DNA of 33,091 nucleotides from UHGV virus genome UHGV-0073014. One strand, given 5' to 3'. The translations under genes and the position numbers were made by a program. Numbering within the stretch: position 1 is the first letter of the stretch; each line of letters begins with the position of its first letter. Source of the stretch: a virus. The notes beneath the pieces are model-generated. The model had not been told where the DNA came from, made no database searches, and saw only the letters and a list, made by a program, of their open reading frames with translations. Below, one piece after another: positions 8,896 to 17,783 of the stretch.

Positions 8896-10317
8896 TTACT
8901 CACCAACAGCCCACCAACTGTAATTCATCGATACTGTGGAGCTGGTTGATGCAGTTCTGTAAGCGGAATTAAAACCGGTTAGTGTTGGACCTTCTGCAGT
9001 CATCACGAATCCCCGTCCAGCGCCTAAAGGCGCACCACCATCACCAGAATGGGTAAGCATGGCGCAGTCCACTTTTTTAGGAAAAGGGATGCTGAATGTA
9101 ATTCTCATTGTTTGCGTCGATAATGTCGGCGTAATCGCACCACGACCATATTGCAGGATTTTCCCGTTGGGTAATTTCATCCATCCATCACCACTGGCAA
9201 AAGAGGTCATGTCCGGTATCTGATTTTCCCCTGTTCCTACATTCCGTTTTGCCGCTTCTCCCAAACCAAGGTATGTGAGAAGACCAGCTACATCCTTTCC
9301 ACTCAAATTAGTCAGCGTATTGTCCAGCGGTTGTTTACCTGCCAGCGCATTAAGCATTGTCGTGGCAAAGTTCGGGTCATTCCCCAGCGCTGCCGCCAGT
9401 TCGTTCAGTGTATCCAGTGCCGCAGGTGCAGAGCCCACCATTGCCGCAATCGCCGATTTCACAAAAGCCGTAGTGGCAATCTGTGTATTGTTGACCGACT
9501 GCGCCGCCGTGGGGGCTGTTGGCGTTCCGGTGAGTGCCGGACTCGACAACGGTGCTTTTAGTGCCAGCGCATTGTTAATGGTGGTACTGAAATTCGGATC
9601 ATTGTTAATGGCTGCGGCTATTTCTTTCAGCGTGTCCAGCGTGGCTGGCGCACCATTAATAAGGGCCGTCAGTGCCGCCTGTACAAACGCAGTGGTCGCA
9701 ACCTGCGTGGTATTATTCCCCGCCGCTGGCGTTGGCGCTTTTGGTTCTCCGGTAAATGTCGGATTATGTTTCTGCGCATACTGGGTATGAGGATCTTGTG
9801 CGGCAATGTGGTTTCTCATCTGGTCATCCACATACAGCTTTAATTCCAGGACTTTATCATCCACGTATTTACGGGTTGCCAGCACTACAGCAGGGTCGAT
9901 TTTCAGGATGATATTGTCCGTGCTGCTGGTAATCAGCACCATGCGCACGGTCTGGGTACGCCCGCTGCCTTCAGCCAGTTGCGGCTTATAGCTTTCCGGG
10001 CAGTTTCCCACGGCAATCAATGCCCCGGACTCATCAAACAGGCCCACTTCACGTATCCACCAACCGCCCTCGTTTTCAGGGATCACCTGTTCAGCAATAA
10101 TCTGGCTACTGTTCTGCGGGTCGATATAAAGCATATTCAGCGCAGCCCGGCGTTTCTCATTTACCAGTGCCGTCTGCTTTGCGTCCGGCGTTGGCAATAC
10201 TCCGCCGCCATCGCCCACCGCCATATGGGTAATTTTTAGCGGCACACCGAGCGCGGCGGCGCTGGCAAGTTTCGCCGCGCCAATATCCGTCAGCAGGGTA
10301 TAAAATTTTGTGCTCAT
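8896..10317 (-). CDS. H: tail fibre protein H (constant N-terminal part 9270..10317, variable C-terminal part inside the invertible segment)
   Basis: 473 aa ORF with a Thr/Ala-rich repetitive fibre region; the crossover repeat lies in-frame. Confidence 0.9.
   Translation of the reverse strand: MSTKFYTLLTDIGAAKLASAAALGVPLKITHMAVGDGGGVLPTPDAKQTALVNEKRRAALNMLYIDPQNSSQIIAEQVIPENEGGWWIREVGLFDESGALIAVGNCPESYKPQLAEGSGRTQTVRMVLITSSTDNIILKIDPAVVLATRKYVDDKVLELKLYVDDQMRNHIAAQDPHTQYAQKHNPTFTGEPKAPTPAAGNNTTQVATTAFVQAALTALINGAPATLDTLKEIAAAINNDPNFSTTINNALALKAPLSSPALTGTPTAPTAAQSVNNTQIATTAFVKSAIAAMVGSAPAALDTLNELAAALGNDPNFATTMLNALAGKQPLDNTLTNLSGKDVAGLLTYLGLGEAAKRNVGTGENQIPDMTSFASGDGWMKLPNGKILQYGRGAITPTLSTQTMRITFSIPFPKKVDCAMLTHSGDGGAPLGAGRGFVMTAEGPTLTGFNSAYRTASTSSTVSMNYSWWAVGE
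9236..9269. repeat. right inverted repeat / invertase crossover site
   Basis: Exact reverse complement of 7689..7722, inside the tail-fibre H coding sequence. Confidence 0.85.
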
Positions 10318-10919
10318 GGATTCACTCTCATTGTGTCAATAACATGGACCGCCCCGCCTTCATGCGCGGTGCCACCGGAAATAATCGTTTCGTTGATATA
10401 CGGATAGATCGTGATTTCTTCTCCAAGATAGCTGGCGGCTCCCACCCAATACGGGCCGCTGGTCTGCAGATTGATGGACATGCCGATCATGTGGCGGCTA
10501 CATGGTTTGGCATCGCTTATCAGTCGCTCAAGTTCCAGATAGGTATCTTCAGTGATGCCCTGGTCCTGCACGCCGATATCCAGGCGAAACGTGCCCGGTG
10601 CCTCTCCGGTTTGCCACCACTCAATAATGCGGATCAGAAAGCCGAACGGCTCCACCACCCGCCGCACGGCACTGGTGGTCCCTTTATGCTGATGAATATA
10701 AAAAGCATCCTTCACCACCTGGCGCTTGACGCTTTCTGTCCAGCCTTCGTCCCAGCGATCCACAGAGAACGCCCAGGCGAGATAAGGCAGGAAGCTGACC
10801 GGGCAGGTAGCCGGATTCCACAAGTCACGCAGCGGCACCTGCAGATCAGAAATCCCGCTGCACGTTTGCGCCAGTCGGCGCTCCAGTGAAGTTGACCCCG
10901 ATGGCAGCAGACTATTCAT
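10314..10919 (-). CDS. I: baseplate assembly protein I
   Basis: 201 aa ORF at the P2 gpI position, upstream of H. Confidence 0.85.
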   Translation of the reverse strand: MNSLLPSGSTSLERRLAQTCSGISDLQVPLRDLWNPATCPVSFLPYLAWAFSVDRWDEGWTESVKRQVVKDAFYIHQHKGTTSAVRRVVEPFGFLIRIIEWWQTGEAPGTFRLDIGVQDQGITEDTYLELERLISDAKPCSRHMIGMSINLQTSGPYWVGAASYLGEEITIYPYINETIISGGTAHEGGAVHVIDTMRVNP

Positions 10920-11820
10920 CCGTTCCCCCGTTGGTCACGCTCCACTCCGTACATGATGCCGCCTGCGTTTTGTTCAAAACCACATCCGCCAGCGGCGAAG
11001 CCAGCTCCACACGCTGCACACCCTCAACATGCAGGGCGGCAAAGATGGCGCTACGGCGAATATCCCTACCAAGCCGCGTCTGACTGGCGATGTATTTCTG
11101 CAGGCTGGCTTTTGCCGCTGCCATTACCGGCTCTGCTTCCGGCCCCGGATAGAGAAAAATGGTGGCTTCCACGCGATACGGGATGATTTCTGCGCTGCGA
11201 ACCGTCAGACGGTCAGCCACCGGGCGAACGTTCTCACTGTTCAGAGCTTTTTCCACCACGTCCAGCAGGTCTTTTTCTGCTGTTCCGTCGCCTTCACGGC
11301 TTAGGACCGTAAGCACCACCTCTGCAGGTGCCGGGCTGGTTGCACTGGCATCCGCCACCCGACCGTCGGCGCTTCGGGCATGAAATTCATAAGCTGCGGT
11401 TGGCCCCGCAACCGAAAGCCCTTCAAAGGCTGCAGGCACACGCAGGCGTAACGCTTCATCGCTTTCCATCACAGCTGCAACGGGCGGCACAGCGTCATTA
11501 TCAGCAGGCGTCACCGTCAGGCGTTTCACGTTGTAGTTGGCAGCGAGCTGGTCAAGATCGCTGCCCATCGCGTAAGCCACCATCACAGCCTGCGCGGCTT
11601 CGTTAATGCGCTGGCGCAGAAGCAACTCACGGTAAGCGTTCTCCTGCAGCAATTTGGTGACGGGTTCAGATTCCAGTTCCAGAGTGCGGATCACTGCTTC
11701 CTGCTCATCTTTCGGATGAAGCGCCACAAATTCTGCCTTGCGTTCGGCAAGCAGCGTCTCAAAGTCCGGCACATCCACAATCTGCGGCGCAGGCAACTGC
11801 GAAAGGTCAATCACTGCCAT
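10912..11820 (-). CDS. J: baseplate assembly protein J
   Basis: Start taken at MAVIDLSQLP (ATG 11820) preceded by AGGAG; overlaps the W stop. Confidence 0.85.
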   Translation of the reverse strand: MAVIDLSQLPAPQIVDVPDFETLLAERKAEFVALHPKDEQEAVIRTLELESEPVTKLLQENAYRELLLRQRINEAAQAVMVAYAMGSDLDQLAANYNVKRLTVTPADNDAVPPVAAVMESDEALRLRVPAAFEGLSVAGPTAAYEFHARSADGRVADASATSPAPAEVVLTVLSREGDGTAEKDLLDVVEKALNSENVRPVADRLTVRSAEIIPYRVEATIFLYPGPEAEPVMAAAKASLQKYIASQTRLGRDIRRSAIFAALHVEGVQRVELASPLADVVLNKTQAASCTEWSVTNGGTDE

Positions 11821-12166
11821 TCTCTGCTCCTGTTGATACGGAAAGGGAAACAGGCACACCGTTATTACGCCGCCCGGTCAGCTCCACCACCATTGAACCG
11901 TCAAAATTGCTGTTGATGGTGATGGAATCCAGCGTCAGCCGTGGCTCCCAGCGACTCAGCGCCACATACACTGCCGACATGACCTGCAGGCGTAATGCCG
12001 GATTTTGTGGCTGGTCTATCAGTGTCGACAGCAGGGAACCATATTCACGACGGGCAATGCGGCTACCCTGCGGTGTCAGTAGAATGTCCCGCACCGACTG
12101 ACGCAGATGGTCAATATCAGTAATGGCTTTACCGCTGGTATTGTTCATCCCGATATAAAGCGTCAT
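11807..12166 (-). CDS. W: baseplate protein W
   Basis: 119 aa ORF between V and J, the P2 gpW position and size. Confidence 0.85.
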   Translation of the reverse strand: MTLYIGMNNTSGKAITDIDHLRQSVRDILLTPQGSRIARREYGSLLSTLIDQPQNPALRLQVMSAVYVALSRWEPRLTLDSITINSNFDGSMVVELTGRRNNGVPVSLSVSTGAENGSD

Positions 12167-12741
12167 ACCGGGCCTCCGGTTGTATCGCCGCCTTTCAGGA
12201 CGCCAGTATGCTGATGCGCATCAACCACGATCCCGTTAGAACTTATCGCTCCGCCGCCCTGGGTAACGCCACCATTGATCACCACTTCACTGTTAATGCG
12301 CGTGCGGTCAGCCTCCAGTACAAACTCACTGGTTTTCATGGTGATGTTGCCAGCGGCCTCAATGACCATTGATTTGATGCCCCTGACATACCAGCGCCCG
12401 GTGGCGGGTTCGTATTCAAACCAGCCACCGTCAGGATGTTCTGTCACGCAGGCGTCCGCCGACGTCGACGGTGGTGCGAACTGATTCGAATAGACAGCGG
12501 GCAGCGCAAAGGCGGTTTCCAGATTGCCGCCCAGACTCAGCAGCACCACCTGCTCACCTTCCGATGGTCGCCACCATGTGCGGGCATTCCCGGCACGCAG
12601 CGTCAGCCAGCTAATCCAGTTGGTTTCAAGCTCGCCCGTTTTCACCCGGCAAAGCCAGTTTTCCCTGTCCACTTCGGTGACTACCCCTGTGCGAATCAGG
12701 TTGGTGATAAGGCGCATGATTTCGGTTAATTGTGCGTTCAT
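12163..12741 (-). CDS. V: baseplate spike protein V
   Basis: 192 aa ORF, first gene after the S-V intergenic dyad, P2 gpV-like. Confidence 0.85.
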   Translation of the reverse strand: MNAQLTEIMRLITNLIRTGVVTEVDRENWLCRVKTGELETNWISWLTLRAGNARTWWRPSEGEQVVLLSLGGNLETAFALPAVYSNQFAPPSTSADACVTEHPDGGWFEYEPATGRWYVRGIKSMVIEAAGNITMKTSEFVLEADRTRINSEVVINGGVTQGGGAISSNGIVVDAHQHTGVLKGGDTTGGPV

Positions 12742-12787
12742 AGGGAAAGGTTGCCATCAGGGGAAGAAAGGCGGCAGTGCTGCAACT

Positions 12788-12805
12788 TGTATCAGTGCTG
12801 ATACA
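12788..12805 (-). promoter_or_regulatory. perfect palindrome TGTATCAGTGCTGATACA (TGT-N12-ACA) between S and V, putative late-promoter activator site
   Basis: Perfect 18 bp dyad in the S-V intergenic region, where P2 has its V-operon late promoter; no T-tract, so not a terminator. Confidence 0.5.
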
Positions 12806-12809
12806 AAGA

Positions 12810-13256
12810 TCACCCCGCCAGCCATTGCAGAATCATGTCGCGGGTCATTGCCTCAACATCATCATTTACACCCAGCAGGCGGCGCTCTGCGTAACGGACC
12901 TCCGGTCCTTTGCGACTGACGCGATCACGCAGGCCGTAATGGTGAACACGGGCAATACGCTGCACCTTGCCTTCAAACTGTACGCTGGCAGAGTCGGCGC
13001 TGGCGGCAGTTTTCAGGTATTTTGTGGTGCGCAGCTTTGCAAACATCTGACGTTTGATGCGCCCCTTCTTGCTACGTGCTGTTACCCTGCGCGGTTCATA
13101 ACTGCTGCCATCTGGATTGCGCTGCATCCTGATATTCTGCTGCTGTGTCCGGCGCAGTTCCTGCGCCAGCTGGCGCATCATGCGGCTTCTCGTGGCTGGT
13201 TCCAGATTCGCCAGCAAGGCACTCAGCCAGTCGTCCACCTTCTGCAGTTCAGCCAC
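12810..13256 (-). CDS. S: tail completion protein S
   Basis: 148 aa ORF between R and V, P2 gpS position. Confidence 0.85.
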   Translation of the reverse strand: MAELQKVDDWLSALLANLEPATRSRMMRQLAQELRRTQQQNIRMQRNPDGSSYEPRRVTARSKKGRIKRQMFAKLRTTKYLKTAASADSASVQFEGKVQRIARVHHYGLRDRVSRKGPEVRYAERRLLGVNDDVEAMTRDMILQWLAG

Positions 13257-13701
13257 GTTTCACCGTCCACATTTCTTCAGGTGCATCAGGTTCCGCTATA
13301 GCTTCAACGCTCGACACACTGCCGTCAGTGCTGACCAGCACACGCTCCGTCAGTTGCAGGTTCAGGCTGATATCACAGACATCGTTGCGCAGAATATCCA
13401 CCTCAAAGGTGAATAGCTTTTCCCGTAACGCCGGGTTATTGATGGCATCGGGCTGGTTATCCCTCAGCCACAGCAAAACCGGGGCCATCAGCAGATTCTG
13501 GTCGCCGCTGAAATCCTCAATCACCGCGTTCAGGGTGTAACGGTACTCCCACGACATGGAGCTGGCCCCCGTGGCAACCAGCGAACCGTTATCCACAAAC
13601 AGATGCAGTTTGTCCGGGTTATTGCGGACATAAGGCACCGCTTTATTGAGGGCGTGGCGCAGGGATTGTGGTTTGTTCACTGTTTCGCTCCTGACACGCA
13701 A
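13249..13701 (-). CDS. R: tail completion protein R (true start may be GTG at 13680)
   Basis: P2 gpR-like by position and size; overlaps the 3' end of lysC. Confidence 0.8.
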   Translation of the reverse strand: MRVRSETVNKPQSLRHALNKAVPYVRNNPDKLHLFVDNGSLVATGASSMSWEYRYTLNAVIEDFSGDQNLLMAPVLLWLRDNQPDAINNPALREKLFTFEVDILRNDVCDISLNLQLTERVLVSTDGSVSSVEAIAEPDAPEEMWTVKRG

Positions 13702-13933
13702 TAATCATGTCCACTTTGTCTGCACAGACCGCCCAGGCGGCCTCCGTTTCATCCAGCAACGCGTTCAGATCACCGTTAGTGCGCGGCGTTGCCTGATCCA
13801 GCCGACACGGCGTCACTCGCGGACAACCACTGACGGTAAGCCGTACCTCCGGTGAGTGCCGGACGTTCCCGCAGCCGGATAATGTCAGCAGGCAAAGGAG
13901 TATCAGCCCAGCGGCGTAAATCCTCGTTCTCAC
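13643..13933 (-). CDS. lysC: LysC, Rz1-like outer-membrane lipoprotein spanin
   Basis: Signal peptide with lipobox LTLSG-C; begins inside the lysB reading frame in a different frame and extends past it. Confidence 0.75.
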   Translation of the reverse strand: MRTRIYAAGLILLCLLTLSGCGNVRHSPEVRLTVSGCPRVTPCRLDQATPRTNGDLNALLDETEAAWAVCADKVDMIIACQERNSEQTTIPAPRPQ

Positions 13934-14204
13934 GTTTCAGTTCCTCGATTCGGTGTTGTCGTTGTCTCAGCAGCGCGCTGGTCTGTTCTGCTTCGGCATA
14001 GAGCCGCGCCTGCTCCCGGTTATTGGTTTCAGTCAGAATGGACAGGCTGATAAGCTGGCTGTTGCTCTTTGCCAGTGCCTGGCTTTTGCTCTGCAGCTCG
14101 TCTGCCTGCGTGCTGATGGTCTGGCTGGCATCAGCCAGCCGCCACGTCTGCCAGCCCAGCGCCGCCAGTAATAACGTCAGCACAACCAGCAGCAACCGGT
14201 TCAT
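13776..14204 (-). CDS. lysB: LysB, Rz-like inner-membrane spanin
   Basis: N-terminal transmembrane segment followed by a coiled-coil-like region. Confidence 0.8.
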   Translation of the reverse strand: MNRLLLVVLTLLLAALGWQTWRLADASQTISTQADELQSKSQALAKSNSQLISLSILTETNNREQARLYAEAEQTSALLRQRQHRIEELKRENEDLRRWADTPLPADIIRLRERPALTGGTAYRQWLSASDAVSAGSGNAAH

Positions 14205-14578
14205 GCTGCTACCTGTTGCGCCATCTGATTACGGGTGATCCAGAAGGCAATAACGGTCAGTAGATAAAAGACCAGGGTAATAGCCCACCCCGTCCAGGCG
14301 AGACTTACAACAATCAGCAATCGCATCACCCAACTGGTAAATACGTTTTCTTTTCGGGTAATTGTCTTCAGCAAAGATGCCCTTAACTCCTGCCAGAGCG
14401 GGCCATTCTTAATTAACGCAGCCAGTGATACCGGAATTACTGCCCATGTCAGCAAACAGGCTACCCAAACGCCGGACGCTGCCAGTACCGGAAAAATCCC
14501 CTGCGGATACACCATTGCTGCGATTAACAGCGCCATCCATAACATCAGAAACAGTCCGCTGATTAATTTCTTTTTCAT
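14201..14578 (-). CDS. lysA: LysA-like membrane protein (lysis timing)
   Basis: Start taken at MKKKLISGLF; about four hydrophobic helices; position matches P2 lysA. Confidence 0.7.
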   Translation of the reverse strand: MKKKLISGLFLMLWMALLIAAMVYPQGIFPVLAASGVWVACLLTWAVIPVSLAALIKNGPLWQELRASLLKTITRKENVFTSWVMRLLIVVSLAWTGWAITLVFYLLTVIAFWITRNQMAQQVAA

Positions 14579-14579
14579 T

Positions 14580-15092
14580 TCAGTTTGCTCCCTGTAAACA
14601 CCAGGCCATCTCCCGCGCACGGCGGTTATCCAGCCCCTGATTAAACACACCTTTTACATAAACCCAGCGCGGCAACTGTCGGCACGCATCCGCCCAGCGC
14701 CGCTGATTGAGCAATTTCACCAGCGTGGAGCTGCAGGCATTGCCCGTTCCCACGTTGAAGGCAAATGACACCACCGCGTCATACACCTTCTGCGGTGGCT
14801 GTTGCTTCACACACCTTTCCAGTGACCGCTCCACACGCAGCACGTTGGAGATCAGTCCTTCCGCTGCCTGTCGTTCCGTAATGGTTTTGCCTGGAATGAC
14901 GCCAGATGTATTACCAATGCCGTCGGTCCAGACACCCGCGCTGCACTGATACGGCTGCAGACGACAACCTTCGTAATCGGCAATCAGTTTCAGCCCCTCC
15001 ACGGAGGTGTGAAGCTGCTGAAAACCCGGCAGCGTGGCAGCAATAGCCAGCACGGCCCCGACAAGGCAGCGTTTAACGATTGATGGATTCAT
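14580..15092 (-). CDS. K: endolysin, T4-lysozyme-like with N-terminal signal-anchor-release (SAR) segment (P2 K position)
   Basis: N-terminal hydrophobic LVGAVLAIAATLPG followed by the E-x8-D-x5-T catalytic pattern (EGCRLQPYQCSAGVWTDGIGNT). Confidence 0.85.
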   Translation of the reverse strand: MNPSIVKRCLVGAVLAIAATLPGFQQLHTSVEGLKLIADYEGCRLQPYQCSAGVWTDGIGNTSGVIPGKTITERQAAEGLISNVLRVERSLERCVKQQPPQKVYDAVVSFAFNVGTGNACSSTLVKLLNQRRWADACRQLPRWVYVKGVFNQGLDNRRAREMAWCLQGAN

Positions 15093-15288
15093 AGTCCTCC
15101 CGCGAGATCTGCCCGTCGCGCAGAAGCTGGTAGGCTTTGTGTTTGTAGTACCAGTTGATAGCCAGCATCAGCACACCAATCATCAGGCCGCCCAGCGTTG
15201 AGGCATCCTTGATGGACAAATCGCCCAGCCAGGCCAGCACGACGGCGATGCAATACGTGATAAAGGCGCTGATTCGCTCAAGCGTCAT
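15073..15288 (-). CDS. holin, small two-TMD type (possible pinholin)
   Basis: 71 aa with two hydrophobic segments and a charged C-terminus, immediately upstream of the endolysin. Confidence 0.7.
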   Translation of the reverse strand: MTLERISAFITYCIAVVLAWLGDLSIKDASTLGGLMIGVLMLAINWYYKHKAYQLLRDGQISREDYESINR

Positions 15289-15291
15289 AAT

Positions 15292-15495
15292 TCAGTCCCA
15301 TAGCTGGACGGTCTGCACGGTGGTGGTGGTCGGAATGTCCGGCAGCTCCACCTGCAGCCCGTGAGGTAAAAAGGGGCCGTATTCGGCAAGCCCCGGATTT
15401 GCCTTCAGTACCTGCTCCGTGACACCCTGCGTGCGCCCGTAATGACGCCAGCAAAGCGCGTCCACCGTGTCATACTGATGCGCACGCACTTTCAT
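15292..15495 (-). CDS. X: tail protein X
   Basis: 67 aa ORF at the P2 gpX position between L and the holin. Confidence 0.8.
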   Translation of the reverse strand: MKVRAHQYDTVDALCWRHYGRTQGVTEQVLKANPGLAEYGPFLPHGLQVELPDIPTTTTVQTVQLWD

Positions 15496-15959
15496 CAGAT
15501 AAGCTCCACTGTGCAGTGCGGCGCATCCTGTACCCGGCTGATGGCCCAGCGGGCGTCACGCCACAAATCACCGCTGACTTCTGCCAGTTCTTCGCCCCGC
15601 TTCACACCGGATGCCGTGGCGTCATAGTCCTGGTATCGTTCGTTGAGCATGGCGCGTGCCCAGCAGTAAACCGCGTTGAAATAGTGCTGAATGCGCTCAC
15701 TTTTGCCGTCCAGCTGTTCCGCCGGAACCTCTGCCAGCGAGGCATATCCCAGCATCTGCTGACGTCTGCGAAACTCATACAGCTCTGCGTTGACCTCCGA
15801 AATTGCCGACAGGGCAACCTGCTTTAAACGCGGCTGCGTCACCGTGCCGTCAGTGCGCATCACGCTGCGAAACTCCGACAGGTCCACATCAGGCCAGAAC
15901 GGCGTATTTCTGATGATTTCCGCCTGTTCCGGTGCCTGTTCTGGCGCAACAAACTTCAT
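15495..15959 (-). CDS. L: head completion protein L
   Basis: Start taken at MKFVAPEQ (ATG 15959) preceded by AGGAGAAAG. Confidence 0.8.
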   Translation of the reverse strand: MKFVAPEQAPEQAEIIRNTPFWPDVDLSEFRSVMRTDGTVTQPRLKQVALSAISEVNAELYEFRRRQQMLGYASLAEVPAEQLDGKSERIQHYFNAVYCWARAMLNERYQDYDATASGVKRGEELAEVSGDLWRDARWAISRVQDAPHCTVELI

Positions 15960-16054
15960 GCTGCTTTCTCCTGAAATAGAGGGCGGTGGACGGGATTTTG
16001 ATGTGGCTATGCCTTTCGCCACCCCGTGCCGCCCGTGCGCGGGGGCACGTTCTG

Positions 16055-16705
16055 TCAGCGGCTGTCATTGCGCAGTCTGCGCTCCAGCTGCTGTTTGTCT
16101 TTTTTCACGCCACAGCGGGGATCGAGCTGTAACGCATGGTTGAGATGATTAAGGGCGGAAGCCGGATTGCTTTCACTCAGGACAGCGCCAATCGCTTTAT
16201 GCAGACGCGCCCGTGACTGGTCCGGCATATCCAGACCGTCTGTCAGCTCCAGCGTCTGCAGCAACAGATCGGCATCAAAGCCGGTAGCGGCAAGCATTGC
16301 GCTCTGCGCTGCATCTGCCATTTCCTCTGCCAGCACGGTCTGCACGTTGCGGTTACCCAGAGGCATCACCCAGCCATGACGCAGGGCATGACGCCCGATC
16401 TCCAGCGCCCCGGCATAATCTCCGGCATCAATGCGCCACAGCATCACGTACATCAGCACGTCATCCTGTTGAGCGCCTCCGGCAGCCAGGACGCCCTCCG
16501 CCCAGGCGGCATATTTCGGCAGCAGCTCCACCTTTATTTCCGCTTTTTTCACCGTGGACTGAACGCCCTTGAGACGGCGGCGGTCTTCCGCCAGCTGCAG
16601 CAGCATCAGGTCATAGCCCGACGCGTGGCGAACACTGCCGCCCTCACGGGCGGCCTGTTCAGCCTGAACGCGCAGGCGATGCTGCCGTGCGGGACTCAGG
16701 CTCAT
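16055..16705 (-). CDS. M: terminase small/endonuclease subunit M
   Basis: 216 aa ORF at the P2 gpM position. Confidence 0.85.
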   Translation of the reverse strand: MSLSPARQHRLRVQAEQAAREGGSVRHASGYDLMLLQLAEDRRRLKGVQSTVKKAEIKVELLPKYAAWAEGVLAAGGAQQDDVLMYVMLWRIDAGDYAGALEIGRHALRHGWVMPLGNRNVQTVLAEEMADAAQSAMLAATGFDADLLLQTLELTDGLDMPDQSRARLHKAIGAVLSESNPASALNHLNHALQLDPRCGVKKDKQQLERRLRNDSR

Positions 16706-16708
16706 GGA

Positions 16709-17767
16709 TTACGCTCCGGCTTCTGCTGCGGCGGCGCTGAAATCACCAATCTGGATGTTTTCCACCAGTGCGGCGCAGCGGTAGTCCTCAACCACATAGG
16801 CTTCATTAACGGATTCAAAGTTTTCAATCCGGTCACGTTTCGGGTTGTCGATAACTGAACGGCGGCGGGTGTCTTCCTGCCAGTAGATGGACAAGTTATC
16901 CAGACGGGTGATCAGCAGTGCATTCGGCGGGAAGAACGGCGCACGCACGGCCTGCAGGCCACCCATGCGTTTCTGACTGATGATCATATCGGCAGCGAGT
17001 TTTTCACTGTTTTCCTGCTCTTTGTTGACCAGTGGGAAATACTTGTCAGACAACAGTTCACGACCGCAAATCACCACCAGATCGTCATCGTCCTGGTAGA
17101 CCACGTCGATAAGCTCATTGACGGCATCCATCACCACGGCGTCCAGGTTGGCATATTCGCCACCTTTACCGACTTTCACCGCGCCCGGTGTGGTTTCACC
17201 GCCTGTGGTGGTGCTGCCCATGACGTGATCCGGTGCATCCTCACGGATTTTCTGCAGCCAGCCTTTGTTCACATCCTGCAGCAGCGGGTTTTCACTACGG
17301 TTGGAGGTTTTCGCACGCTTCACGCCGTTAAAGCCGATCATGATGCGGTCCAGTGCCTGACGTTTCACGATGGCGTCACGGATACGCACCTGGAAATCCT
17401 GAAATTTCGCCCACAGGTCCAGCTTCGCGTAGGTCAGCACCGTGTCAAAGTTGGTCTGCTCGCATTTGTATTCCACATCGACCATCAGCGTCGGATCGAC
17501 AGGTTCACGCTCTTTCGCGGTGGTATCAGTAGTTCCGGCAATGGTGCTGCCAACACCCAACCCCAGCAACTGACCGGACTGCTCAGTCACTGGCGTGACG
17601 TTAATCAGCGTCAGGAAAGCGGCGGACTGCTGGATCTGGTCTTCCAGCGTCTGCTGTACAGACGGCTCCACGGTGAACTGGCTGGACAGTTCTTCAACTG
17701 CCACACCGTTCAGACGCGCCAGCTGCTGCAGGTAAGCGTTAAAAGCAAAGCGGGTATTCTTCTTCAT
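16709..17767 (-). CDS. N: major capsid protein N
   Basis: 352 aa ORF at the P2 gpN position. Confidence 0.9.
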   Translation of the reverse strand: MKKNTRFAFNAYLQQLARLNGVAVEELSSQFTVEPSVQQTLEDQIQQSAAFLTLINVTPVTEQSGQLLGLGVGSTIAGTTDTTAKEREPVDPTLMVDVEYKCEQTNFDTVLTYAKLDLWAKFQDFQVRIRDAIVKRQALDRIMIGFNGVKRAKTSNRSENPLLQDVNKGWLQKIREDAPDHVMGSTTTGGETTPGAVKVGKGGEYANLDAVVMDAVNELIDVVYQDDDDLVVICGRELLSDKYFPLVNKEQENSEKLAADMIISQKRMGGLQAVRAPFFPPNALLITRLDNLSIYWQEDTRRRSVIDNPKRDRIENFESVNEAYVVEDYRCAALVENIQIGDFSAAAAEAGA

Positions 17768-17783
17768 CGGGTTTTGTGCTCCA

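Larger units (their letters stand above)
7689..9269. mobile_element. invertible tail-fibre host-range segment
   Basis: Perfect 34 bp inverted repeats at 7689..7722 and 9236..9269; contains two alternative tail-fibre C-terminal modules and two tail-fibre assembly genes in opposite orientations. Confidence 0.85.

Noticed and set aside
9275-9790. Plus-strand 171 aa ORF inside tail-fibre gene H
   Set aside because: Antisense to the repetitive Ala/Thr-rich fibre coding region; Ala/Ser-rich translation typical of a GC-rich antisense frame.
12788-12805. S-V intergenic palindrome as a transcription terminator
   Set aside because: No T-tract on either strand and the predicted loop is too small; the sequence matches the TGT-N12-ACA late-activator site pattern.
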